DNA of 63,955 nucleotides, filler included, from Thraustochytrium aureum (GCA_012862495.1; 6 parts of 3 records of this genome joined end to end with filler, not necessarily neighbours in it), one strand, 5' to 3'. Positions 1 through 11,608 are shown, counted from the first letter of the whole stretch. Numbers and translations are program-made. Notes: a model not told the origin generated them from the letters alone.

Positions 1-579
1 CCGACGTGCTCGCGGCCTGCCAGGCCGCCGCGGCGGCCGAGTTTGCCTTTTGGGGAGGACGCCGCCTTCCTCATCGAGCAGAACATCGCCGGCAAGCGCT
101 CGGTGCAGACCAACACGACCTTTGGGGGGCTCTTCCCCCCGGCCGGCGAGGCTGGGGCCGGCGCGCCGGCGTTTCTGGGGGCCTGGCTGCCGCGGACGAA
201 AATCGCGCCGGCCTCGCTCAAGGCCCTGCTCGATAGGCTCCTGCAGAGCGCGCTCTGCGCCACGGTTACCGGCTCGCCTGCTCGCCTCAGCTTTCGCGCC
301 ACCGAAGAGGTCAGCGTCGTTGATAAGGGCGGCAACCTCGTTGCCGCGATTGTCTCGCTCAACGCCATCGTCTTTCTCGGGGGCAAGGTTTCCATTTTTG
401 TGGCCAGCTTTCGCCCGGTCAAAGCGGCCAGGGCGGTCTCCCATACGCGCGCCGACATCATGCGGGGCTGCCGCGAGGACAAGCACAAGATGGACGTCGA
501 GATCGAGTTGGGCCTGTCGCCTTCGTCAGACCTCTCGTTCTTTTGCGACGACTCGGCGGCCTGGTTTGCGCTCGAGTAA
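1..579 (+). CDS. Hypothetical protein, 3' part (5' end outside window)
   Basis: Open frame to TAA at 577-579 with GC3-rich codons; probable homopolymer frameshift near 48-55; no family motif recognised. Confidence 0.4.
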   Translation, partial: PTCSRPARPPRRPSLPFGEDAAFLIEQNIAGKRSVQTNTTFGGLFPPAGEAGAGAPAFLGAWLPRTKIAPASLKALLDRLLQSALCATVTGSPARLSFRATEEVSVVDKGGNLVAAIVSLNAIVFLGGKVSIFVASFRPVKAARAVSHTRADIMRGCREDKHKMDVEIELGLSPSSDLSFFCDDSAAWFALE

Positions 580-932
580 GCGAGCTGCGTCTTGCGCAGC
601 GCGGCGTTTGCTGCTCGACGCCGATTGCTGCTCGACGCAGTTTGCTGCTCGATGCCGTTTTCGCCGCGCGCTCACCGGCCGGCGCGGCGCGCATGCCACG
701 CGGGGCCCGGTTTGGCCCCGCCACATCCCACAACACCACCACTACCACAACTCCATTACAGGCGCAAGCCTGATCGCGAAGCTTATGCGCGCAGGGCCCG
801 GCAAGTGGCCCCACGCAACACTTTCGAGTACATTTGGTACCCTCAACATTTTGAAGGCGACGAGGCGGTCGTTGAGGCTACTCTTTTCTACTACACTAAT
901 ACAGAACAGATTACATTCTACTTCACGCGTTC

Positions 933-2155
933 CTACGCGCGTCCCAGCTCGTGCTGCCCCACGGCTGCGCGACGCGATTCATGGGAGGCGGCCCGCGCGA
1001 GAGTCACGGCGACAAGGTCGAGCAGCTCGAAAAGCTCACCAAGCTGTTGTTCCGCGAGGCAGACGGCGTCGGCGCCGCGAGAGCCTTGTCCTTGCCGTCT
1101 CCCCCTCAGCACCGCAGAGGGCTCCGAGTGAGCCTGCGTAGCCTTGCGAGGCCACGGCGCCATCGCTCGACCCGGCCGCCGCAACGCCAGGCCCTTGGCA
1201 GCCGCGTCGCGCCTCGGCGTCTCCGTGGCTTCCTGCGCCTGCGCCGTGCAACTCGCCGCCATCGCCAGCGGCGGCGACCTGCCGTCCGCGCCGACCGAAG
1301 ACAGGTACTCGTGCAGCGGCGCGGCCTCGCTCGCGGCCGTTCGCAAGAACGCCGGTACAAACACGAAAACCGCTTCGACCGCGGCGAGCGCCGCCTTGCA
1401 GAAGGCAAAGGCCTGCGCATTCACCGCAACGAGGCCAAAGCCCTCCCTCGCGACCAAGATCCCCGCGGCGGGCACGGGCGCGAACAGCAGAGAGTACCAA
1501 ACGGCGTTGACGAGCGCCAAGACAACAAAGCGGCGCACCCGGCTCGTTGGCGCGAGGAAAAAGAGCCACGGGTCGTCACGCCAGCGCCAGGTCGGCTCCG
1601 AAAGCGCGTCCCAGTGCAACGTTGGCATGAAGCCCATCTCGACCGAAGTCTTTGCGTCCGAGCATGCCCCCAAGGTCACGAAAAACGCAACAAGCGAGGT
1701 CGTCAGCAACAGCTGCACGAGCGCCGTAGACTGCCCCGGGGCGAGCGCCGCCACGAGGCCGAGCCGCGCTGCGCCGCGAAGCGAGACCGAGCTCAAAAAG
1801 CCATGTTGCCCACAAAGGCCGAAAGCGCGACGACGAGGACGGCCTTTTGCACGTGCGGGTGGCGCATGACGTGCGCGCGGTCCACCCATTCGTTGCGGAA
1901 GAATGGCGTCTCGTCCCCGGCCTCGCTCAAGAGCAGGGCGAATAGCGCGCTCTGCCGCTTGCGCAGCTCCAGCCGCTTCTCGCGCCGCGCGTGCACAGCG
2001 CTCGCAAGCAGCGCGGCGCAGGCCGCCACACTTGCAAGCACGTAGCTGGCGACATGCGCGTCGCGCACAGCCGCTGTGGCCACGTCGCACGTGCGAAACA
2101 TGTCACGATGCTGCGCGGAGAGCTGCTCCACCGTCTCGAACCAGAACGCCGGGAC
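933..2155 (-). CDS. Hypothetical multi-pass membrane protein (5' end in gap; one frameshift)
   Basis: ORF 1793..2131 (...VLVVALSAFVGNMAF) joins ORF 933..2090 (LSSVSLRG...) if one T is added in the homopolymer at about 1795-1799; several hydrophobic segments. Confidence 0.5.
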
Positions 2156-2848
2156 NNNNNNNNNNNNNNNNNNNNNNNNNNNNNNNNNNNNNNNNNNNNN
2201 NNNNNNNNNNNNNNNNNNNNNNNNNNNNNNNNNNNNNNNNNNNNNNNNNNNNNNNNNNNNNNNNNNNNNNNNNNNNNNNNNNNNNNNNNNNNNNNNNNNN
2301 NNNNNNNNNNNNNNNNNNNNNNNNNNNNNNNNNNNNNNNNNNNNNNNNNNNNNNNNNNNNNNNNNNNNNNNNNNNNNNNNNNNNNNNNNNNNNNNNNNNN
2401 NNNNNNNNNNNNNNNNNNNNNNNNNNNNNNNNNNNNNNNNNNNNNNNNNNNNNNNNNNNNNNNNNNNNNNNNNNNNNNNNNNNNNNNNNNNNNNNNNNNN
2501 NNNNNNNNNNNNNNNNNNNNNNNNNNNNNNNNNNNNNNNNNNNNNNNNNNNNNNNNNNNNNNNNNNNNNNNNNNNNNNNNNNNNNNNNNNNNNNNNNNNN
2601 NNNNNNNNNNNNNNNNNNNNNNNNNNNNNNNNNNNNNNNNNNNNNNNNNNNNNNNNNNNNNNNNNNNNNNNNNNNNNNNNNNNNNNNNNNNNNNNNNNNN
2701 NNNNNNNNNNNNNNNNNNNNNNNNNNNNNNNNNNNNNNNNNNNNNNNNNNNNNNNNNNNNNNNNNNNNNNNNNNNNNNNNNNNNNNNNNNNNNNNNNNNN
2801 NNNNNNNNNNNNNNNNNNNNNNNNNNNNNNNNNNNNNNNNNNNNNNNN

Positions 2849-3432
2849 CCACCACCGCGCAGCATTTAATCGAGAAAAGGTACTGCGCTAGACCTGCTTG
2901 TCCGCGTCGCGGCGCCCACTGCCCGGGTTCGCGCGGGCTCGCCAGCGAGGCGCAGGACTCGCACCTGGTCAACCCCGTTCCAGCTCTCGACACTCTGGCC
3001 CACGGCGACACTGCGGCGCCTTCGCAGCCATGATCAAACCACGTGGGGGCTGCGTTCACGTCCCGAGCGCATCCGCACGCCGCGTCCTCAGCGCCGCCGC
3101 ACGTGCCGCACTGCCGCGCGTGGCGCAGGTCGCCGGAGGCGTCGTCCATGGCGCCAAACGAAAGTCAAACGCGGTCTGCGGCCAAAGCGAGTCGCCGCAA
3201 ACCTGCACAGACAGCGTAGGCGAGTTGGACTTTCTTCCGTGCGCTGCCCGCGCAGGTTGTGCGAATGCGCCGCGCAGATCGAGCGTTTGGAGCGCTGGTG
3301 CTGCTCGGCATTCGTCCCAATCCTGGACGCACAAAGATACTTCATTTTGATTGATGAACGAGAACAGCAGCCAATCAAGATGGTAGTCACATGACCGAGC
3401 AGCGCCGCCGCGCCGCGAGGCCTGCCTGCCAT
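2849..3432 (-). CDS. Possible type II membrane protein fragment, frameshifted, running into a gap
   Basis: MAGRPRGAAALLGHVTTILIG continues as LLFSFINQNEVSLCVQDWDECR if a G is added near 3371; no domain recognised. Confidence 0.2.
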
Positions 3433-4222
3433 CCGAGCCGGACCGGTCCGGGCCGCCCTTGCCGGTATCGCGCGCGTCGTTGTCGCCGCACGGCGGCTGG
3501 CCGCTGTTGTCTCGGACATCGGGGCCAGCCTGAGGTTTACAAGGTTGGTATGCAAGGCGGATGACGGCGACGGCGACAGCAATGCGGCGGCGGCGGCAGC
3601 AGCTGCAGCAAGCTAAGCTTTGAGCTTTGAGCGTCAAGTCTTCTGCTGTGTTTGGACCAAATCTGGAGCACACCGGAGCCTGGGCTGGGTGTTCTGCTGA
3701 CAAGGCTCGGAAGAATGCACGTGCGATCCTTTGGCGCTGGCGACAGGAGGACCTGACTTGCAGGCGATAGCAAGCCAGCCTCGATGAGACTGTCCGTGTC
3801 CCGCCGTTTTTGGACCGCACGCGCGCCGGAGAGTGGAAGAACGCCGCCGCGATCCTTGCGGGCCTCGATAGGATCCGCACCTTGGCGCGGCAACTGAGAG
3901 GTGGGCGCAGAAGCAAAGCACGCAAAAGCAAAGCACGCAAAAGCAAGCGCGCGAGCAGGCAGAGTAGGCTGAGTGCTCTACCCTTGGTCGAGTGTCTGTG
4001 CGCAAATGGCCGGCGGCGGGCGAGTTCCAGTGCTTGATGACGCCTTTCGAACACTTGCGCTTCCATGTTCGGCGCTGGCCGACAACCGCATCGCATTTAC
4101 ACCGTTTACTGCCGGAGCAACCGCCTTCGAGCGAAAGGAGCCTGGCTCTCGCTCGCGCGCTAGCGTGCGTGAGTGCGTGCATGCATGCATGCGTGCGCTC
4201 GCCTTCTCGTGCTCGTCCTTGC

Positions 4223-4293
4223 GAATGAACGAACGAATGAACGAACGAACGAACGAACGAACGAACGAACGAACGAACGAATGAATGAATGAA
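4223..4293. repeat. (GAAC/GAAT)n microsatellite
   Basis: Direct tandem tetranucleotide repeat. Confidence 0.95.
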
Positions 4294-4495
4294 AATTCGA
4301 AGCGACGACGGTTTTCAACCTGGCCAAAACAGCTCGAAAGCGGCACCCCAGCAGCAGCAGCAGCAGCAGCTTGAGCCGCAGAGTTGGGCGCCGGTGCGAC
4401 TGTGGCTGCTGGCGATCGAGGGCGATCGAGGGCGATTGTGGTTTTGGCCCGGTTGCGGTCGGGATTGGTCCGGGGATCCGCGCACTCGAAGCAAA

Positions 4496-4921
4496 ATGGC
4501 GGAGGTCCTCCACGCGGAGACCGCCAAAGTGCGCGAGTGCGAGCGGCTGATTCGGGCGACGACCTGCCAGCTTGAGCAAGTGGCTGCGTTTTTGGACAAG
4601 GTGCAGACCAACGCCGAGCGCGCGCAGGAGCAGGCCCAAGGCTGGCTCGCGGTCTGGTCCCGCGCGATTGACGCAGCCCCAGCAGCCCACAAACGGCGTA
4701 GGATAGACTCGGGGGCCGGCGCTGCCCTTGCGGCAGTGACACCGCGCGAAACCTCGGCAGGCGAGGCGCCTGATGCGCAAGCGAAAGCGGAGAGGAGGAC
4801 CAAGGCGTCCAACGTGGACTCGAAGAGGTCGCGCAGACCCGAGCAGCGCCAAGCGCGGGCCGCCGGACAGCAGCCGTCGGCCGCTTCAGGTAGCTTTTGT
4901 AAACACCCATCTTTAGTATGA
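4496..4921 (+). CDS. Small coiled-coil protein, possibly DASH/Dam1 complex subunit Duo1-like
   Basis: ATG in AAAATGG context; N-terminal helix LHAETAKVRECERLIRATTCQLEQVAAFLDKVQTNAERAQEQAQGWLAVWS followed by a basic disordered tail, resembling Duo1 from memory. Confidence 0.4.
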   Translation: MAEVLHAETAKVRECERLIRATTCQLEQVAAFLDKVQTNAERAQEQAQGWLAVWSRAIDAAPAAHKRRRIDSGAGAALAAVTPRETSAGEAPDAQAKAERRTKASNVDSKRSRRPEQRQARAAGQQPSAASGSFCKHPSLV

Positions 4922-5942
4922 AAGCACAGTCGGTCTTGCAGCTGCGCCAGATGCCACCTTCGCCACACTCCGAGCCCGGCGTGCTGCTGACCACTGCAGT
5001 GAACTTTGCCGCCGCCGTCGGGTCCATGTTTGCGTTCACGGACCGCCTCCTGAGGACCAAGGCCGAAATGGCGGCGGAAATGGAGGCCGAGGAGGCCGTC
5101 AACTCTACAAACATACATTTTGTTTTCCTTTCGTTTCATGTCTTGGACCTGAAGCACCAGCGAAGCAAGCGTCACCCCGCGAGCGCGCGCGAGCAGGACA
5201 TGCACGTCTCTCCTCGCGGCGGCTCAACCCAAGCTGGACCGCTCTGCAGCTAGCGCAAGCTGAGAACGTCGAGGCCAGAACAAACCCTGGCGGCAAGTCC
5301 TTCACCGCCGCAGCGCCAGCGGCGGCCGCGCCCGCCAGGCCGGACCAGGAGCCGAGCCACGCGGCGCGCAAGCCCCGCCCCACTTTGTCGTCGCTAGCTG
5401 GCTCGGCCAGACCGGCGGCGTTGTCGCGCGCCCTTGCCGAGCAGGTCGCCAGGCTTCAGCAAAACACACTGACGTGCACTTCGCCACGTCGCTNNNNNNN
5501 NNNNNNNNNNNNNNNNNNNNNNNNNNNNNNNNNNNNNNNNNNNNNNNNNNNNNNNNNNNNNNNNNNNNNNNNNNNNNNNNNNNNNNNNNNNNNNNNNNNN
5601 NNNNNNNNNNNNNNNNNNNNNNNNNNNNNNNNNNNNNNNNNNNNNNNNNNNNNNNNNNNNNNNNNNNNNNNNNNNNNNNNNNNNNNNNNNNNNNNNNNNN
5701 NNNNNNNNNNNNNNNNNNNNNNNNNNNNNNNNNNNNNNNNNNNNNNNNNNNNNNNNNNNNNNNNNNNNNNNNNNNNNNNNNNNNNNNNNNNNNNNNNNNN
5801 NNNNNNNNNNNNNNNNNNNNNNNNNNNNNNNNNNNNNNNNNNNNNNNNNNNNNNNNNNNNNNNNNNNNNNNNNNNNNNNNNNNNNNNNNNNNNNNNNNNN
5901 NNNNNNNNNNNNNNNNNNNNNNNNNNNNNNNNNNNNNNNNNN

Positions 5943-6729
5943 AGAATGGGCGGAGGTATGAGGCCCAGGAGGGCTCGACAATCCAGCGACTTGCGCTGGC
6001 GGTTCACGTAAGTTTGGTGCCGCGTGGCGCAGGCTTGGCGCCGAAGCGCTAACGGACGGGCGGGCGGGCATACGCAGGTCTTGAACGCCGTGGCGCTCAT
6101 CATGGTTGTCACCTGGTTTGGGAGCTATGACCTCGGCTACTCCTGGAAGGAGAGCAACGGCGCCGTGTTCAGCTGGCACCCGACGCTCATGACGCTCGGC
6201 CTGGTCGTGTCGTTCAGCGAGGCGGCTATTGCGTACCGCGCGTTCACCTTTGTGCCGCACCTGGTGCGCAAAGCGATTCACGCCGTCTTTCACGCTTTTG
6301 CGATGCTCTGCTGCGTGTTTGGCCTCGTGGCCGTGTTTCGCTTCCACAACGAGAAGCTCGACCCCCAGGGCCTTCCTGCGCCCATCCCGAACATGTACTC
6401 GTTGCATAGTTGGCTTGGCCTGGCCACCGTCATCCTGTACTTTGCGCAGTTTGCTTCCGGCTTTGTCGCGTTCGGCTACCCCAAGCTCTCGGACGGCCCT
6501 CGCGCGGCCTTCGTACCTGTGCACGCCCGTGCAGGGCTCATCCTGCTGGATGGGGCTCGTCACGGCCACAGTCTGCATGGGCGTCGCGGAGAAGATGCTG
6601 TTTGGCAAGGACTGCAACAACGCGCTCGGCGAGGCGAACACCAAGTGCTACATCGCCAACTCGTTTGCGCTGGTGGTCGTCGCGATCAGCGCGGTCACGA
6701 CGGTGATCCTGGCGCAGCCGTCGCACTGA
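5943..6729 (+). CDS. Eukaryotic cytochrome b561 (ascorbate-dependent transmembrane reductase); one intron, one frameshift
   Basis: Motifs FSWHPTLM, KAIHAVFH, NMYSLHSWLG and PVHARAG supply the four heme His; intron 6008-6077 restores the frame ALAVH|VLNAV; frameshift near 6545 leads into MGVAEK; stop at 6727-6729. Confidence 0.9.
6008..6077 (+). other. Spliceosomal intron (70 nt)
   Basis: GTAAGT donor, GCTAAC branch site at 6048-6053, CAG acceptor; splicing keeps the frame. Confidence 0.85.
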
Positions 6730-7093
6730 CCTGCCACAAGCAAGCGAGCGAGCAAGCAAGAAAGAATAATTGCCATGTCATGTCACGCCTTCGCAGTCGC
6801 TCGAATTCCTTCGCGGAGCCTTCTGAATAGCGAGCTCCACAAGCAAGCAGGCAGGCAGGCAGGCGCACAGCACCGATGAGGAGCGAATGTTGAATGAATA
6901 CAGAGGAAAGCAAAGCTTGGCTTCATGTGGGCTACTTTGAAGGTACGAAACTACAGGACGACGGCGCGCCGTCGCAGCCTCCACAGCAGCCCTGGCGCCC
7001 GGCAGCCGCCCTGACGGGCGGCCGCCGAGGTCAGAGGAAATGTTCTCGGCAAGACCCAACTACCGGAGCGGGCAATGAACAACGCGGATCCGC

Positions 7094-7160
7094 CTAGAAC
7101 TCCTGCGAGCTCGAGACCTTGCCGCCGGCCTTGCCGGAGACGGCTCCGGCCTTCTTCTTG
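7094..7160 (-). CDS. C-terminal tail of probable histone H2A.X (rest of gene lies in the N gap)
   Basis: Reads KKKAGAVSGKAGGKVSSSQEF-stop; Lys/Gly/Ala tail ending in the SQ(E/D)-hydrophobic motif typical of H2A.X. Confidence 0.6.
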
Positions 7161-8161
7161 NNNNNNNNNNNNNNNNNNNNNNNNNNNNNNNNNNNNNNNN
7201 NNNNNNNNNNNNNNNNNNNNNNNNNNNNNNNNNNNNNNNNNNNNNNNNNNNNNNNNNNNNNNNNNNNNNNNNNNNNNNNNNNNNNNNNNNNNNNNNNNNN
7301 NNNNNNNNNNNNNNNNNNNNNNNNNNNNNNNNNNNNNNNNNNNNNNNNNNNNNNNNNNNNNNNNNNNNNNNNNNNNNNNNNNNNNNNNNNNNNNNNNNNN
7401 NNNNNNNNNNNNNNNNNNNNNNNNNNNNNNNNNNNNNNNNNNNNNNNNNNNNNNNNNNNNNNNNNNNNNNNNNNNNNNNNNNNNNNNNNNNNNNNNNNNN
7501 NNNNNNNNNNNNNNNNNNNNNNNNNNNNNNNNNNNNNNNNNNNNNNNNNNNNNNNNNNNNNNNNNNNNNNNNNNNNNNNNNNNNNNNNNNNNNNNNNNNN
7601 NNNNNNNNNNNNNNNNNNNNNNNNNNNNNNNNNNNNNNNNNNNNNNNNNNNNNNNNNNNNNNNNNNNNNNNNNNNNNNNNNNNNNNNNNNNNNNNNNNNN
7701 NNNNNNNNNNNNNNNNNNNNNNNNNNNNNNNNNNNNNNNNNNNNNNNNNNNNNNNNNNNNNNNNNNNNNNNNNNNNNNNNNNNNNNNNNNNNNNNNNNNN
7801 NNNNNNNNNNNNNNNNNNNNNNNNNNNNNNNNNNNNNNNNNNNNNNNNNNNNNNNNNNNNNNNNNNNNNNNNNNNNNNNNNNNNNNNNNNNNNNNNNNNN
7901 NNNNNNNNNNNNNNNNNNNNNNNNNNNNNNNNNNNNNNNNNNNTAGACGCACCCGCTGCATCTGGCAGCGCGCACTTGCCAGCCAGGCCTTGCTCGGACA
8001 GGATCGGGACCCGCGGCGCAGAGCGCGCCCCGTGGGGTAATCGTTCCCATAGTAAAGCACCCCCTGTAAACCAACAAACACTTGACAACCTGTGACGACC
8101 TTCCAATTGATTTCAAAACTACGCCTTGGTCGCCTCGCAAGAGGTGAGTGAAAGCGGTCTA

Positions 8162-9268
8162 CTACTTGAACTCGACCAGGCCGTGCTCCGCCTCGAGCAA
8201 AGCCCAGTCCTCGGCCGGGTCGCCGCGCAGGAACGCCGCCAGCGCCGCGCCCAGCGCAGCCTGCGAGGCCGCGGGCTCGCACGAGCCGCGCGAGTTGGTC
8301 TTGACGGCAAGCTTGGTGCTCATAATGAACGGCATGTCGCTGAACTGCTGGTGCGTCGTGCCCTTGATGTAGTACGAGCGCGCCTGCCCCGCGGCCACCA
8401 GCGCCTCCTCGGTGCTGTTCACCAGCTCGCGCGTCAGCGTTGCAAAGTTAAACTTGCTAAACTCCTCGGTGATGATGGAGATCGTCGGGACGCAAAACCC
8501 TCGCGCCAGGCGCTCCCCGCTGATTGGCATCGGCCAAAGGTCCAGCAGGAACGCGCCGCGCACCTGCGCTGCGAGCGCCGGGTCCCCGTGCAGTTTACCG
8601 TCGACGCACCGCCGAGCGAGTGGCCTCCAAGGAACAGCTTGTCGCAGTCGGCCTGCAGGAAAACGCGGCCGGCCAGGCCGGCGTCCGCCCCCGGCGCCCG
8701 GATGTAGGCGAGAGCGGCCAGCAGCTCGGCCTTGCGCTTGGCAAGAAACGCCTCGCGGAACTTGACCACATTCTCTGACTTGCTCGTGTCCAGGTCGGGC
8801 GGCGCCTCCCGGTAGGGCACAGGCGTGCGCGCGCCGTGCGCCTTGGCGAACGCGGCGCTGCCGTCCTCGTGCTCGAGCGCCACGACCACATACCCTTCGG
8901 AGGCCAGGTCGGAGCACACCTTGCTGTACGTGTCGGCCGTGCCCTTCAGCCCGTGGCTGAAGAGGACCAGCGGGAACGGCCCGTCCGCCGGCTCCGCTTC
9001 GCCCTCGAGGCTGTGCTTCACGTTGGCCATGTTCTTGAACAAGAGGGCCCGCGTCCCCGGTCACCTTGGCCATGCCGCGGATCGCCTCTTCGCGCATGTA
9101 CACCGGCGGCTTGCTCCTCCGGCTCGCGCTTGCGCTTGCGGGGTAGAACACGCGCGCCAGCGTGGCGTTCGGAAACCTAAACCACATCACCCCGACCGGC
9201 GCCAAGGGCCCGGCCGGCGCGGGCAGCCGGCCGCCCACGCCCACCGCGCGGCTCACACAGCTCCCCAT
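8162..9268 (-). CDS. Platelet-activating factor acetylhydrolase-like alpha/beta hydrolase (PAF-AH II family); two frameshifts
   Basis: FPLVLFSHGL, DLASEGYVVVALEHEDGSA, nucleophile GHSLGG, LLDLW (Asp) and GTTHQQFSD (His); assembled from ORFs 8162..9274 and 8434..9042 with shifts near 9050 and 8590. Confidence 0.9.
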   Translation of the reverse strand: MGSCVSRAVGVGGRLPAPAGPLAPVGVMWFRFPNATLARVFYPASASASRRSKPPVYMREEAIRGMAKVTGDAGPLVQEHGQREAQPRGRSGAGGRAVPAGPLQPRAEGHGRHVQQGVLRPGLRRVCGRGARARGRQRRVRQGARRAHACALPGGAARPGHEQVRECGQVPRGVSCQAQGRAAGRSRLHPGAGGGRRPGRPRFPAGRLRQAVPWRPLARRCVDGKLHGDPALAAQVRGAFLLDLWPMPISGERLARGFCVPTISIITEEFSKFNFATLTRELVNSTEEALVAAGQARSYYIKGTTHQQFSDMPFIMSTKLAVKTNSRGSCEPAASQAALGAALAAFLRGDPAEDWALLEAEHGLVEFK

Positions 9269-9527
9269 CGCCAAGCCAGCTCTCGCACCGTGCCAGCTCG
9301 ACTCGCGTGCCGCGTGTTCGGCAATCGCCCGCCAAACCCCCGCTCCCGCCGCCAGAACAGTTCAGAACGCAGCTCCGAGCGCCCAACTTTTTCAGCCCGG
9401 TCCGTGCGCGTGCGGCCGCTTCCGCTCGCGCAGGTCCGCCGGCCCGAGCGCTGCCGCACGGGTCGCGCCTCGTTTCGCTTTCGAGCCCTGCTCCATCGCG
9501 TCCAAGTCGTCAGTCAGCCTGAGCGCG

Positions 9528-9813
9528 ATGGAGCCTCGCGCCTCGCGTGTTTTTTGTCGTTGTTTTCGGGGCACGGGAGTACACACCTTAGAGAACCCGC
9601 AAGGGGAGATGTTCGGCGGGACGGCTATTGGGGGGAACCCGCTGTGTGGTGATGAAAATGACAAAGAACTGTTCCAGGAAATCGTCGCATCGCGGGGAAA
9701 GTGTGGGATTCTGCGAGGGCGCGAGACGCCGCATGGCGGCCCGGCGCTCGGCCAGTTCGTGCTCGACGACGTCAACGAGCTGGAGACGGCGCCGCTCCAC
9801 AAGCTACTCTACC
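9528..9813 (+). CDS. Hypothetical protein, 5' fragment truncated by gap
   Basis: Open frame from ATG 9528 to the gap, divergent from the PAF-AH gene; no motif. Confidence 0.3.
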
Positions 9814-11200
9814 NNNNNNNNNNNNNNNNNNNNNNNNNNNNNNNNNNNNNNNNNNNNNNNNNNNNNNNNNNNNNNNNNNNNNNNNNNNNNNNNNNNNNNN
9901 NNNNNNNNNNNNNNNNNNNNNNNNNNNNNNNNNNNNNNNNNNNNNNNNNNNNNNNNNNNNNNNNNNNNNNNNNNNNNNNNNNNNNNNNNNNNNNNNNNNN
10001 NNNNNNNNNNNNNNNNNNNNNNNNNNNNNNNNNNNNNNNNNNNNNNNNNNNNNNNNNNNNNNNNNNNNNNNNNNNNNNNNNNNNNNNNNNNNNNNNNNNN
10101 NNNNNNNNNNNNNNNNNNNNNNNNNNNNNNNNNNNNNNNNNNNNNNNNNNNNNNNNNNNNNNNNNNNNNNNNNNNNNNNNNNNNNNNNNNNNNNNNNNNN
10201 NNNNNNNNNNNNNNNNNNNNNNNNNNNNNNNNNNNNNNNNNNNNNNNNNNNNNNNNNNNNNNNNNNNNNNNNNNNNNNNNNNNNNNNNNNNNNNNNNNNN
10301 NNNNNNNNNNNNNNNNNNNNNNNNNNNNNNNNNNNNNNNNNNNNNNNNNNNNNNNNNNNNNNNNNNNNNNNNNNNNNNNNNNNNNNNNNNNNNNNNNNNN
10401 NNNNNNNNNNNNNNNNNNNNNNNNNNNNNNNNNNNNNNNNNNNNNNNNNNNNNNNNNNNNNNNNNNNNNNNNNNNNNNNNNNNNNNNNNNNNNNNNNNNN
10501 NNNNNNNNNNNNNNNNNNNNNNNNNNNNNNNNNNNNNNNNNNNNNNNNNNNNNNNNNNNNNNNNNNNNNNNNNNNNNNNNNNNNNNNNNNNNNNNNNNNN
10601 NNNNNNNNNNNNNNNNNNNNNNNNNNNNNNNNNNNNNNNNNNNNNNGCACTTCACCAGTCGGTCAGTCTGAACGGCGGACGAGGTCAGTACTTCGATGTG
10701 GTGCAGCTCGTGCGGGAAAAGCCCTCGTAGCGTCCGGTACGGCCGTGGAGTATGAACTACCTCCCGAGGTGCGGAGCGCCAGTGTCGAATGCTCGACTCT
10801 TTGCCGGGGCTGGTGCAGGTATGCCAACTCGAATACGACTATTTCACACCGTGTAGATAGGTACTTGCTACTCGCGCCAAGGGCAGTGGGTGTTTCCTGT
10901 TCAACGACCATCAGATCTAGCTTCGGCTTGGCAGTCTCGGGCTCAGTTGGCGGCCAGGACATGTTCAACTGAAGTATCGTCATTCTCTTCGGCGGTCATT
11001 TCCTTTATTCGCTGCTTTGTGAGCAGAGAGGGAACGCTGGATCACGAAGAGCGAGCGAGCGTCCTTTCTTCTTCGCTTCACAGAAACTGACACGCGTCAT
11101 GGGTGTCTCGTTCTTCATTATTGGGAACGATTAGCCCTGGAAGCCGCTCGGGCACTTGTTCCCGCCACTGATCGGGTTCGGGCTGCCTCTTCACCCTTGC

Positions 11201-11608
11201 TTAGGCTTTAACGCAATAGCAGCATGGACCGGTGCCGCAGTCGTTGACGTAGCACGCAAGCGTTTCATGCTTTGCGTCGACCTTGACAACCAACGTGTCT
11301 CCCTTGGCGTTGATGTAGTGCGTGCCGTCGGTGATGGTCTTGTTGAGAATAATGCAGCAGCCGAACGGGATGGTACCGCACCCAGGCCACAAGCAATCTC
11401 CCTTGCTACAGTTGTAGAAGCACGCCACGGGGCAGCTACACGGCCTTTCCAGATGCACGACGTAGCACCCCGAGGCGGCGCTCTTGTCGTCAAGCTGTGC
11501 GGCGTACGCAAGCGCCTCGGCCTGCGGGAGCTTGCCGCGCGCGCGCACCATCTCCTCGATTTGCGGTGTATCCATGACGGGCGTGCCCCTGACAGCTGAG
11601 CCGAACAT
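11201..11608 (-). CDS. Small cysteine-rich hypothetical protein (135 aa)
   Basis: Complete ATG-to-TAA ORF with Cys clusters (CSCPVAC, GCC, PCCYC) and protein-like composition. Confidence 0.6.
   Translation of the reverse strand: MFGSAVRGTPVMDTPQIEEMVRARGKLPQAEALAYAAQLDDKSAASGCYVVHLERPCSCPVACFYNCSKGDCLWPGCGTIPFGCCIILNKTITDGTHYINAKGDTLVVKVDAKHETLACYVNDCGTGPCCYCVKA

Noticed and set aside
4918..5493. Short ORFs downstream of the Duo1-like gene
   Set aside because: Conflicting strands, no motif, truncated by a gap
10646..11100. 106-aa minus-strand ORF at a gap edge
   Set aside because: No motif or clear codon bias; insufficient evidence
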